64,000 nucleotides of DNA from the human T2T-CHM13v2.0 reference genome, Homo sapiens: assembly GCF_009914755.1 (NCBI RefSeq), contig NC_060938.1. One strand, 5' to 3'. The notes beneath the pieces are model-generated. The model had not been told where the DNA came from. It did not search any database and was given only the letters and a program-made list of their open reading frames with translations. The position numbers and the translations under genes are program-made. Positions 12,850 to 24,255 of the stretch are shown one piece after another. Position 1 is the stretch's first letter; every line of letters begins with the position of its first letter.

Positions 12850-13500
12850 ATATGGCAAAATGTTTACAATGTATAAATCTAGGTGATGGGTATTTGGGTG
12901 TTCATCTAGTTATTCTCTCCACTTTTCTGTATATTTTTGAAATTTTAAATAATGAAAAGTGAAATAGAAGATTATATTGAAGGACATTTCTATAAATTTG
13001 ATGTACAGAAGTTCTTCCTAAGAATAACAACAAGATCCAAAATCAGAAAGGAAAAGACCAGTAACTTTGACAATCTGAAATGTACAACTTTTAAATCATA
13101 CACCCTTTCTCAGCAATTCCACTTTTAAGAATTTGTTTTAGGGAGAAACGAGAATGTGAGCAATGTTTATTATGCTGTTTCCTGCAATGATATTTATAAC
13201 AAGAAAAATCAGAAATACATGAAATGTTCATTAATAAGCTGTCTTTATACATATATGACATAACGTTTTGTAGCCTTAAAATGGTAGTATAGACAGACAT
13301 CTGACTAAAAGACCCCTATAAGAAGTGATTAATGTGAAAACACCACTTACATAGCAAAAGAACCATTTTGGTTTTAAAAGTTTTGTATATACCTAAATTC
13401 TAGAAGGACCATTAACACTTGTTATCACTTGAAGTAGTGATCATGGATAACTTTTACTTTTATTTCACATTATTCTGCATTGCTTGTACTTTATTATTTG
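12850..13500 (+). mobile_element. Old L1 (L1M) 3' fragments
   Basis: CAGCAATTCCACTTTTAAGAATTT and GGTGATGGGTATTTGGGTGTTCAT are L1M-like; heavily decayed. Confidence 0.5.
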
Positions 13501-14099
13501 TATTAAGCATGGATTACAATAAAGAAAAATACGTGAGTCATTTGGCCCCATATCTTACTCTGCTTTCGCCAAGCAATTCAGAGATTTCTGGGAAGTATCA
13601 AAGATAAAAATGAGGGAAGGCATGAAAGGGGGTAAGTGGAAATGCTGTCTGTGTGTTTGTGTGTCACACGTGATTGTGGATGTTAGTTCCAAGAGACCTT
13701 TATGGCTCTGCTCAGGGAACACAACTGCTTTTTCCCACAGGTCTTTTGGCCCCACTGTCTCCTGTCTCCTGTGTAGACGCCAGCACTTACCCAGGGCTCT
13801 GTAATTGTTGATCTATTTGTCTATCAACCCTAATAGGGTACAAGCTGCTGATGTGCAGGACCAGTGTCTTAGAAATCTTTGTATTCCATGTGCTTGGCCA
13901 TTGTGACCTCTCTATAATAATAAATCTATGGAATAATAAATCTATGAGCTCCCAAGTAGAAGAGAGGGTGGAACCAGAGGAGGGAGAGTAAGGAACTGAG
14001 TTTGCTCCAGAGTCCAGACTAAGCGGCAGCCTAGATGGAGCCCTAAAGATGCCCAATGTGGATCATAAGGATGGGAAAGGAAACAAGGACTCAGCATAA

Positions 14100-14320
14100 G
14101 ATAAAATAAGTAGTTCAGCACTCCAGACTTGAGCTTGGATTTTGGCTTTGCCACTTAACTTTGAGATCATAGGCAATTTACTTAACTTCCCTAAGCTCCT
14201 CTGTAAAACTGGGAAAATAGTAGTACTAACCTACAATTCTTGTGAGTTTTAATTAAGATAACATCTGGAAAGTGTTTAGCATGATGCTTGGCAAGTAGTA
14301 AGTTTTCAATAAATGTCAGC
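14100..14320. mobile_element. MIR
   Basis: GGCAATTTACTTAACTTCCCTAAGCTCCTCTGTAAAA core. Confidence 0.7.
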
Positions 14321-15211
14321 TCTGAGTAAGCAAACCTGGCTATAGTGGTCTCTTTCTGGTAGCCGAGCAGAGTGGATGGCATGCTAAAAGTGTAAGGTGT
14401 TTCTATACCTACCCAGGATTGATTTAATGAAGTCAAGAAGCAGTTAAAGGAGGCCAGGAAGTAACCAATGTATTCTATCTGGCTTCTATATTCAGGAAAC
14501 GAATAAAAGCGAGGGCACCCCTACCTCCCCTCACACACCCCCCAAAAAACCCTGAAGTCAATAAATATCCTACTGGCACTATCTGTACTGGCAAAATGCA
14601 GAAGAGCTTATTATTGCACTAGCTAAGTAAGCCCTCTGGATCATTCATTCATTCACCCATCTATTTATTAAATGCCCATTATGGGCAGACACTGATGAGT
14701 CTAAGGAATGGGTTCAATTCATTTTAGGTAATGAAGCCAGAGAGACATCCTCAGACTTCTGGAAACCTATAAATCTTAGTTATTTTTCCTGCAAATTACA
14801 TTGCTCAATTTAATGTTTAACAGTATCTGTCCAAAAGACTAAATCACAATGTTTCCTCCTGTGAAATGATTAATCTGGAAAACCTCAAACTGGGCAGTTT
14901 ATGACTGGATATTTTTATGTGGTTCCAAGAGCAATGTTTTTCATAGCAAGCCTCAGTGGCTCTACAAATACACACACATACTGTTCTGTTTCCAGTATCT
15001 ATACCCAATAGAGCAGGAAAAATAAAGGACCTTTTATGTTTTGGTGAACTTGATCCTTCCAGGGTTGAATCTAGTTCCTTGGTTTTGACTTGATGCCTTA
15101 CTTAGAAGCCACCAATATATTATGTAATGGTCTTATGGTCACTTGTGTTCAGGTACTTCCTAAAAGTCCTTATATTCAAATAGGAAAGGGCTTCAGCTCA
15201 ATGTTACTTAC

Positions 15212-15444
15212 TGATAGAGATTTTTCACAGACTGTTCAGTGCTAGTCAAGCTGAAATATGGTCCTTCTGACTTCAGATCATCAGCCTCCCCTCGGCAGAA
15301 GCCCACCCGAGCTGGAAGCTGAAGCTGGACATTGTAAGACTCTTTGGGGCGGGTTCCAAGGAACTGCAGGCCGTTGGCAGGATAAAGAAAGAGGGCGTAG
15401 CTATCAGACCCATCAGATGCCAAAACTGCCTGGAAAGTGTTCAG
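15212..15444 (-). CDS. NID2: Nidogen-2 coding exon 3 (233 nt), NIDO domain
   Basis: [28 protein letters not shown]...KNLYQ (NIDO motif NTFQxVLxxDG). Long (CT)n/T polypyrimidine tract, then cacag| acceptor. Donor CA|GTAAGT at 15211; phase 0-2. Confidence 0.98.
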
Positions 15445-15452
15445 CTGTGAGG

Positions 15453-15485
15453 AAAAAAAAAAAAAAAGAGAGAGAGAGAGAGAGA
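15453..15485. repeat. A-run plus (GA)n; on the minus strand this is the polypyrimidine tract of exon 3
   Basis: Immediately upstream of the exon 3 acceptor. Confidence 0.85.
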
Positions 15486-18400
15486 AACATCCTGTAAAAA
15501 ACAAATAAAAGAAGAAAGAAACAGAATGCAAGCAAAGCATCATAACGTGCAAAGAACTTCCCCTTTTTCAGGATTCCTCCAAATTGTTTTTAAACATAAC
15601 CTTCTTTAAAATTTCCTCTTCAAGTTAACAATATAATTTCATAAGCAATATTATTTATTATTGCAAATACCATTTGTCAATTTAGATTAATAGTTGAAAT
15701 ACGCATTGGTAAAACATAGGTTAAAAAATATATACTTTGTAAGGTTTCAAACTTCTCTCATGTAAACTCTTTCAGAGCTAAGAGCAATCAGCAAAATTAA
15801 CTTGTCCATCCTGCAGTCACTGCCCTAGTTTATAACCCTAGGCACTCAGCATCTCTCATTTGCATCATTCATTCATTCATTCATTCATCCATTTATTAAA
15901 TGACCACTATGGGCAGGCACTGTGTTAGGCACTAGTTGGTCAAAAGGCCTCCTTACTGTCTCACAGCATCACTCTCTTTCCTCTTCCATCTACCCTTTCA
16001 TACGAGCATCAGGGTTATCCTCATTTCACAGATGAGAAAAAGACACAGGGGCTAACAGGTCTTCCTCAGGTCAGGTGGCAAGTATGTGGTGGTGGGCCAG
16101 CCAGCTCTAGAGCCCACACCCTAGGACACCCTAACCCCTCCTCAACATGGCATTCAAGGTGAGTTGTAACCTGGCTGCATACGTCCCTCCCAGGCTCAGT
16201 TCCACTGCATCTTTGTCAGACTATTTAATAGTCCCCATTTGTACCATGTCCTTGGATGCTTCTACACTTTGTTCGTGGTTCCCTGTGCCTAGAAAGCCTC
16301 CTAACCTTCAAATGCTGCCACTCAGAGGTGTTTGTGATTCCCTATAGAATAATTTCTGTTCTCTGAACCTCTGTAACACCTTTATGGGCATCTCTAGTGA
16401 GCATTCACCTCATTATGCTTGGTTAGTTGTTTATATGTTTGTAAACACCATTCATTTATTCATTCATACACTAATTCAAACAGCCAAGTGTCTACTTAAG
16501 CACCAGACGTTATGCTTGATGCTGAGGATGTGAAGGAGCAAAAGACAGGCTTTGCCCAGGAGAGTCTCACGGTGTAGGACTGGGAAACAGCCATGGTTGA
16601 AATGGTAGGAGAGTCACTGGAGAAGGTGGTAGAGGCCAAGAGCCGGGGTGTGTGTCCAGGATCTCAGGGTGGAGGTTGGGAGGTGTCACAGAGGCAGCTG
16701 GTGAATGTTATAAACACTGCAGGAGCCAACACAGACCAGAGAGGGACCAGGAGCCTGAATCAGCTGCCAATTCAACACCCAGGTCCTTATAGGATCACTC
16801 CTTAACATTCTGTTTACCCTCATATTTTCAACAAGATGAGATTTTTGCCTTTACCTTCATTCAGCGACCGCTCCTCCTAAAGATCTGTGAACAGTGCTTG
16901 ATTCTCAAAAAGCTGTTATGTTTAGGCTTCTGAAACTGTCTCTCTCTCACTAAATCACACTACTTTTACAATTTAGTAAGGAACTGGGAAGGTATTTTTA
17001 AAACACAACTTACTTCACAAATAATGTGACTCTTAGAAATATTATTTACTGGTAAGTATCATTACCTTTCCATTCTGCTAGACAGACAAACTCGGGCACA
17101 GAGAAGAACATCACATTTCACTGAAGGAAACAGCAAGGAAGGAATGGGCTCTTCCCTTTGTTCTAAGTCTACTCCCACAGTTGTTCTAGCTCTTTTCTAA
17201 TGTTAATTTTTCCTTTCAATGTTTAATTTCAAAGTAAGGTTTTGAGGTTTTGCTAATAGGATAAAGAAATATAGATGTAACACACTTTTCAAGAGAAAAT
17301 AAAATACAATCAGCAGTTCTTTTAGTTCTCTAACCCAGAAAAAACAACATCTTGCTTTGCTTTTTTCATTCATTCAATTCACAAAGTAACAGGTGCCTAG
17401 TTTATTTGTTATTGTTCCAGTTGTTGATTGTTCATCAGCAAAGCTTGACTTTTCCAAAAACAAAAAGCAAGAAATGTTTTTAGAGCTTCTCAATACTAGG
17501 AAGCCACAACTACTGCCAAATATAAACAAAGGCTGTTCTGCCTCATGTCTATCCATAAGATAGTCGACATCATCAACTAATGTGGACTCAATAACTTCAG
17601 AGTTATACATTAGTCAGAATAAAGAAAAATCAACTAGGGAAAGAAAAGTACTAGAGGAAGGAGAAAAAACCCCATTTCAAAAAGCTAAGCTTTCAAAGCT
17701 CCTGGCATTGATCTGCCATAATAAATGTGAGATAGGAGAGAATCCTGGTTCTAAATTTAGAGAAATTCCATAAGATAAGGAGGTTGTAGAGACTGTGAAG
17801 AATTGAAGGGGATGGGGAAGGGGGGAAGAGAGTAGTAAACAGAGCTGTGAAGAGGAGAGTCTGACTTTTTGCTGTGAACTCTGGGCATTTAGCACTTTAT
17901 TTTATTCATTCATTCATTCAACCAGCCAACAAATTCATTTCAATTAAAATTTATTCAACATCTTCTATATACTGTTCTTGAGATGAGCACTCATTATGGG
18001 TGGCAAGTATTTAATTTCTTTGTCTCCACCAAAATAGGCAAATATCAGAGGAAGGAAACAACTTCCTTTTAAGTAGAATTTATGATCCCAAAGTACACGC
18101 CAAAAGAGTTTGGCTGTTTAAAAGCCACCCACACACTAAATGATCACTTGTAAAGTTCTTGGTCAGTTCTACAAAATTCTACATCTAATTGCTAAAGAGC
18201 CCACTTCATGAAGTCTTGAAGGGCTCCCCCTCTCAAAAAACTCCTTGACTGGCTTCCAAACAGGAAAGGTCCTCACATTCCTAGATACAAGCTTTTGCAA
18301 GAGCCGCACAGGCTCTGTCTCCAAAGAGAAGCCCTCAGATGGGCTGCCAAACCTGACAAACGAGTCACTGGTTCCCAGCTCCCCCAGGATCCCAGAGAGG

Positions 18401-19327
18401 AGAGAGGGGCCTCCACAGGGAGAGGAGCAGCACAGAGAGGATCAGGGTGAGTGGCTGCAGGCCCTGTTATCAGAAAGAGAGAAAAGCCAGAGCCCTCTGC
18501 AGAAACCAGAGCCTGACTCTCCCTCCCAGGTACAGGACATCCCAATCAATGTTGAAGTGACACTCATCAGAGCCAGGCTGATGCATGCAACATACACCCC
18601 TCTAAGAGTTTCTAATTTTTTCAATTCATTTAATTAACTGCAGCTATCTGGACAAAAATCAGAATAGTGACATCCTTTTCTTCAAGGGGCTTGCCTATAG
18701 AGGCTTATCAAAATGAAAATGAAAATGGAAATGAAGAATTAGGGTGACTCTTATAGGGGTCACAAAGTTCTCTTTGTCATCTTCCTCAGGACCACATGTC
18801 CTCTAGAGCTCTAGGATCATTGGGTCTGGCCTCCAGTGTTTGCTGTGAACACTAACCTCCATTCCTTAGTGTAGTTCTTCATCTCCCACTGCCTGTAGGA
18901 CACTGTCACATGGGGGACTGTCCCTCATTTATTTTACTGCACTAAATCCTACAGATCCTGCCAAAAATTCAAAGACAAATGCTGAGTGCTATCACATCCC
19001 TAATACTATATCCTTCCTGATACTCTTCAGCAAAACGTCAGCATTTCTAATTTCCATATATGGTTCAGCATTAACCAATTTCCATATATGTCTCTATTCT
19101 CTTCATCTTCACAGTGATATCTCAGACTCAGTCTGAACTCTCTTGGATGGGCTGTAGACCACCCCTCTTCTAAACCTTGTCTCCAGAAGTCAAAAAGCTA
19201 CAATAAAGTCCTGCTTTTACCTCTCATTTTCTCTGTGAAATCCAACCACCTCCATCAATGACTATCAACCTTTGAACCAAGTCAACATGTCTCAGTCTCC
19301 ACCCAGATGGAGGCCTCCATTGGGCAG

Positions 19328-19743
19328 TGTCTTAATTTGTCTTCTGTTGTTTACAACAAAATACTTGAAATTGGGTAATTCACAAAGAAAAGGAATTTAC
19401 TTCTTACAATTATGGAGGCTGAGAAGTCCAAAGTTGAGAGGTCACATCTGGTGAGGGCCTTCTGGCTAGTGGTGACTGCAGAGTGCCAGGGTACTTACGG
19501 TATCACATGGCGACAAAGCTGAGTGTGCTAATGTGCTAGCTCAGGTCTCAATTCCTCTTCTTATAAAGCAACCAGGCCCACTCCATGATAATCCAGTAAT
19601 CCATGAATGAATAAATTAATCCATTCCTGAGGGCAGAGCCCTCATGACCCAGTCACCTTTCAAAGGCCCCACCTCTCAATACTGTCACATTGAGGATTAA
19701 GTTTCAACATGATTTTCAGAGGGGACAAATATTCAACCATAGC
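19328..19743 (-). mobile_element. MaLR solo LTR (MLT1A/MST-like)
   Basis: TTCTTACAATTATGGAGGCTGAGAAGTCCAA...CCCACCTCTCAATACTG...AGGGGACAAATATTCAACCATAGC. Confidence 0.8.
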
Positions 19744-20569
19744 GGGCAACCTTGCACTCATCTGTCTTATGTTACTGCCTGTGACTCCTTCATCCATTTC
19801 TCTGGCCCCTTTGCTAATAGGTTGCTCTCTCAACCTTCTCCTGGGTCATGTTTTTGCTCAGAACAATCTCTCTTGATACCTCATTCTCAATATCCATTCT
19901 TTTTAGCCCTTTCAACCTGACTTAAATTCCAGATAAACAAAACATTCCCCACATTACAGAGATCTATATAACTCAGCTGTCTCTAACCCCATCCCTAAAA
20001 TGACAAAAACAAAACACTCCTCTTTCCCCACAAAAAGCACAGCTAAACATTAGTCCTCTATGTCTCCCATCAATAAGTATTTCAAAGGTCTACACCATAA
20101 CTTTTTTGCTCTGTGAACTACCTATGAGAGTTCAAGAAATCTCAGATTAACTGAATTGACAAACACTATTTGTTCACATTTTTTTTTCAGATACAATTAC
20201 ACCTTGACATTCCTGCAATATCAGGTGCAACATCTGGTCACACCTGACAGGAATATCCATGGAGAAAAAGGGCACCAACTGCAATTGTTTTTAATGGCAA
20301 AGATGCCATTGCTTTGAATCTTCCAGTTTCCAGTAACTTTGCAATATAAAGTTAGTAAGCCAAACTTTAAGAACGCCATGTAGAACTCAGTCCTTCAAGC
20401 AAATTAGATTACTGTTTGCCAAAGTCTATCTCCAAAGAACTATTAAAACAAGAACTCAAGTCCCAGAGCTCTTTAAAATATTGGAAGAAACTTCAATGTG
20501 GGTAATTGAAAGAACATCCCCTATCCAAACAGAATCCTCCTTTCTTTTTTTTTTTTTTTCCCCTTTCTT

Positions 20570-21144
20570 TTTTATTTATTTATTTATTTATTTATTTATT
20601 TTTTATTATACTCTAAGTTTTAGGGTACATGTGCACATTGTGCAGGTTAGTTACATATGTATACATGTGCCATGCTGGTGCGCTGCACCCACTAACGTGT
20701 CATCTAGCATTAGGTATATCTCCCAATGCTATCCCTCCCCCCTCCCCCAACCCCACCACAGTCCCCAGAGTGTGATATTCCCCTTCCTGTGTCCATGTGA
20801 TCTCATTGTTCAATTCCCACCTATGAGTGAGAATATGCAGTGTTTGGTTTTTTGTTCTTGCGATAGTTTACTGAGAATGATGGTTTCCAATTTCATCCAT
20901 GTCCCTACAAAGGACATGAACTCATCATTTTTTAAGGCTGCATAGTATTCCATGGTGTATATGTGCCACATTTTCTTAATCCAGTCTATCATTGTTGGAC
21001 ATTTGGGTTGGTTCCAAGTCTTTGCTATTGTGAATAGTGCCGCAATAAACATACGTGTGCATGTGTCTTTATAGCAGCATGATTTATAGTCCTTTGGGTA
21101 TATACCCAGTAATGGGATGGCTGGGTCAAATGGTATTTCTAGTT
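20570..21144 (-). mobile_element. L1HS pre-Ta (ACG/G), 5'-truncated ~575 bp: ORF2 C-terminus, 3'UTR and (AAAT)n tail
   Basis: ORF2p end LEIPFDPAIPLLGIYPKDYKSCCYKDTCTRMFIAALFTIAKTWNQPKCP...SLIGGN*. 3'UTR GATGAC-ACG-TTAGT (20698-20696) and AAAACTTA-G-AGTATAAT (20613). Candidate TSD TTTCTT. Confidence 0.92.
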
Positions 21145-21328
21145 TTCTTAATGAAACATTCTGAAGCCAACTAGCAAATGGTAATGTCTGCAGGTGGATT
21201 TTAATTAGAAAAGTAAAAGAGAGATGGAATTTACAAATCTCTTCTACCCTAAACCTCCCCCACCCCAGAAAAGGACCAGACAAAAGTTTTAATTCCAAAA
21301 ACCTTGCATTTAAAGAGTCCTTATGCAA

Positions 21329-21698
21329 CATAGAGAGTAACAGGATGGTTACCAGAGGCTGGGAAGGGTAGTAGGGGTCAGGGGAAGGTGGACACAGTTA
21401 ACGGGTACCAAAAAAAAAAAAATAGAAGGAATGAATAAGACCTACCATTTGATAGCACAACAGGGTGACTATAACCTGTGATAACAGGTTATTATAGTCA
21501 ATAATAACTTAATTGTACATTTTTAAATAACTAAGAGTGTAATTAGATTGTGTGTAATACAAAGGATAAATGCTTGGGGGGATGGATACCCCATTCTCCA
21601 AGATGTGATTATTACGTATTGCATGCCTGTACCAAAACATCCCATGTACCCCATAAATATATACACCTACTATGTACCCTCAAAAATTAAAAAATAAA
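21329..21698 (+). mobile_element. L1MA-type 3' end
   Basis: GGATGGTTACCAGAGGCTGGGAAGGGTAG...CATGTACCCCATAAATATATACACCTACTATGTACCC. Flanking TAAAGAGTCC repeat suggests a TSD. Confidence 0.85.
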
Positions 21699-22179
21699 GA
21701 GTCCCCATACAAAAGATATAAGTCACAGCATCCTTACAAGATAGAGATCAGTGACATGGGCAAGCAACCTCACCTCTTACAGGGGGCATGTACCATCCTT
21801 CTATAGTGAAGAAGCATTTCCGTAAGTTAAAATTGAGATGAATCATATGGTTTCAGCCCCTAGAGTATGGTATTTTAGATTCAGGTCTAATTCCATAGAA
21901 GGAAGCCCTTACTTTCTTCAGGAATGAGGCAGTTTGCCATTTACCAAGCACGCTGGCCCCACTCATATCCATTTGGAGGACTTCAAATGTTGATGACAAG
22001 ACTAAAGACCAGGAGCCTGGAATTTTTTACTTTCCGCAGGTAGAGACTGTAAAGCACATTGACGGCAGACTCCTATAAACTAAGAAACTTGTAAACTGGT
22101 ACCTGGAAGGCAATTAGGCAGAAGTTATCAAGAACTTTACCAAAAGTGCATCCTCTCTGACCTACCAATTGCACTTCCT

Positions 22180-22600
22180 GGAATGTCAACTAAGAACATG
22201 TGCAAAGATTTAGCTTTTTAAAAAGTGATTCACGCTATTATTTATAATAATGAAAAACCAGAAAAAGCCTTAATGGCCCAACACTGGTTGAGCATACTGT
22301 GGTACACCCACTATTATACAGGATAATAGCAGGATACAGTAGTATGCATCATTATAAATGATGTAGAAATACATTTATTGACATTGAAACATATTTACAA
22401 TACACTATTCTGTGAAAAAAGCAAGTTATAAAACAGTATGTGCAGTGTAAACTCATCATTGTTAATAGACAGCAATAAAGATATGCAGAAGAAAAAACTC
22501 TGAAAATGTACGCAGAAAAATGTTTATCAGTGGTGGGAAAATGAGTGGTTGTTTTCTTTTTTAAAATTATCTGTATTTTCTGATTTTTTCCCCTTCAATG
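22180..22600 (+). mobile_element. Old L1ME fragment
   Basis: Decayed L1 3'UTR-like sequence. Confidence 0.45.
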
Positions 22601-22945
22601 AACATATAATTAGAAATACTTGTATACTTAGAGATGGTTCTAAAAATAAGCAACCAAACAGTAAATTGCCTTATGTTCAAAGGGGCTCCCACATCTGCAC
22701 TCCCGCTCTCATATCCGCTAAGCATTTTTTTCCTCAAGGGAGTGACCACCTGCCAGGGCCTCAGAAGATGCCTAGAGACAACGTCTTTCCTCACTCCCAA
22801 GCCACTCCAGCCCTGCTGCCTCCAAGGTCAGGTTCAGCGCAAGAGTAGGCTCAGAAACAACTCCGAGCCAGTCCCTGGGTCGCTGCCCCAGAATTTAAGC
22901 CCATCCTTCAATTTCCTCAGCAGTCAAATATCCCTGGTCACTTAC

Positions 22946-23251
22946 CTCTCCCGAGGGCAGCGCCCCGCGCTTGACCTCCTCGTAAGCGCCTACCTGCTCC
23001 CAGGTGGCCAGGAAGGCGTGGGTGGGGGTAAAGCGCGCAGAGCGCGGGAAGCCAGCGCGCACATAGCGGGCGGCCAGGCCCAGCACTGCGGGGGAGGTGT
23101 CCTCTCGGTACAGGACTCGGCCTCTGCCGTGGCTCGTGTCGATGTCCGCCAGAAAAGGGGCGATGGCCGGGAAGTCGGTGGGGAAATCATAGTCCACATA
23201 CTGCGTTTCCCTGGGGAAGTCCTGAGTGGAGATGATGCCGTTGGTGCCCAC
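22946..23251 (-). CDS. NID2: Nidogen-2 coding exon 2 (306 nt), NIDO/G1 domain
   Basis: [40 protein letters not shown]...ALPSGE. Acceptor ctctcccag|GTG, donor GAG|GTAAGT; phase 0-0. Confidence 0.98.
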
Positions 23252-23854
23252 CTGGGAGAGGAGAGGGACAAAAAGGTGACAGTCGCTCAAGCCCAAGGAC
23301 GCTACCCTTTCGCGCAGGGAGGGAAGGGAACTGACTTAGGCAAAAAGCCTCTCTCTCCTTCCCCACCGGCCAGGGAGTCTGGATTCAGGGAAACAAGCGC
23401 AACTTTTGCGACTGTCCCAGCTCCGCGCTGCAGTAGGTCCAGGGGCCCTAAAACTCGTTCACCTATCTTCTCACTCCCCTCACAACCCCGGAGCCCCATG
23501 TCCTCGGAGAGGAAGCCTCCAGGTCTGAAGAGGGAACACCCCAGCTCCGCAGACGGGCACAGCCTTCTCGCGGTCCTAACTGCAAAGCCCGCTGGCCGCC
23601 CTAGCAACGCCACCTTTTCTGCCTGGGACGCGTACGTGGCTGCGAACAATTCTTGCTCTCCCCTCCAGGTCATTCTTGCTCCCCTACAGCAGCGGGGCAG
23701 GCAGCGGCATCGCTCTCTGGCCGGGTACCACCGCAAGGGTGCTGGGGGGCTCCAGGCGTGGGGTCTGTTTCCTCCCCTCTGGAGACAGGGTTTCCGTGAG
23801 ACCGACCCCAGGGAAGAAGCTGCGGGAAAAGTGCCAGGAGGGGGCTGAACTTAC

Positions 23855-24082
23855 GTAGAGGTTGCTGAATCGGGCTTCGTAGAAGTGCAGGGGATTCGCC
23901 AGCTTCACCACGGCTGAGCTTTCGTCGTCGCCTTCCTGCAGGAGCTGGTCCCCCCACGACTCCCCGTGTGGGAAGAGCTCGTCTGGGTGCAGCGCCGCGG
24001 CCCGCAACATTAGCAACTGCAGCAGCAGTAGCACTGGTAACGACGACAGCACCGGCCGCCCGGCCACCCGGTCCCCCTCCAT
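23855..24082 (-). CDS. NID2: Nidogen-2 coding exon 1 (228 nt): signal peptide and start of G1 region
   Basis: Translates [40 protein letters not shown]...FSNLY, the nidogen-2 N-terminus. ATG is in strong Kozak context (gcgAgcATGG). Donor TAC|GTAAGT at 23854; phase 0. Confidence 0.98.
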
Positions 24083-24119
24083 GCTCGCTCGGCCGTGCGC
24101 TTACCCGCTGCACAACGCG

Positions 24120-24255
24120 TCCCGCCCCGGCCTCCAGCCCACTCTCCGCGCCGCGCCAGCCTCGAACCTGGATCTCCGCGGGCGCCTGGGCGGGGCGGGA
24201 CTCCAGGCCCACCCAGCAAGCTAATTGGCTGAGGCCCTCGGCTGGGGACCAATCA
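24120..24255 (-). promoter_or_regulatory. TATA-less NID2 core promoter with GC boxes and two CCAAT boxes
   Basis: CCCGCCCC at 24121-24128, GGGCGGGGCGGG at 24188-24199, ATTGG at 24224-24228 and CCAAT at 24249-24253, all 40-170 nt upstream of the ATG. Confidence 0.7.

Noticed and set aside
14638-15930. Similar (TTCA)n...TTTATTAAATG...TATGGGCAG segments at ~14640 and ~15865
   Set aside because: Both are the conserved L2 3' tail, ordinary independent copies.
17374-17610. 78-aa minus-strand ORF in intron 2 with a branch-point-like CTGACTAAT upstream
   Set aside because: No recognisable homology and no convincing donor site; cannot support a cryptic exon.
22634-23848. 404-aa + strand ORF antisense to NID2 exon 2 and intron 1
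   Set aside because: Lies mostly in the GC-rich island where stops are rare, partly mirrors the exon 2 frame, and has no recognisable domain. Most likely a shadow ORF; Ribo-seq or PhyloCSF would be needed to rescue it.
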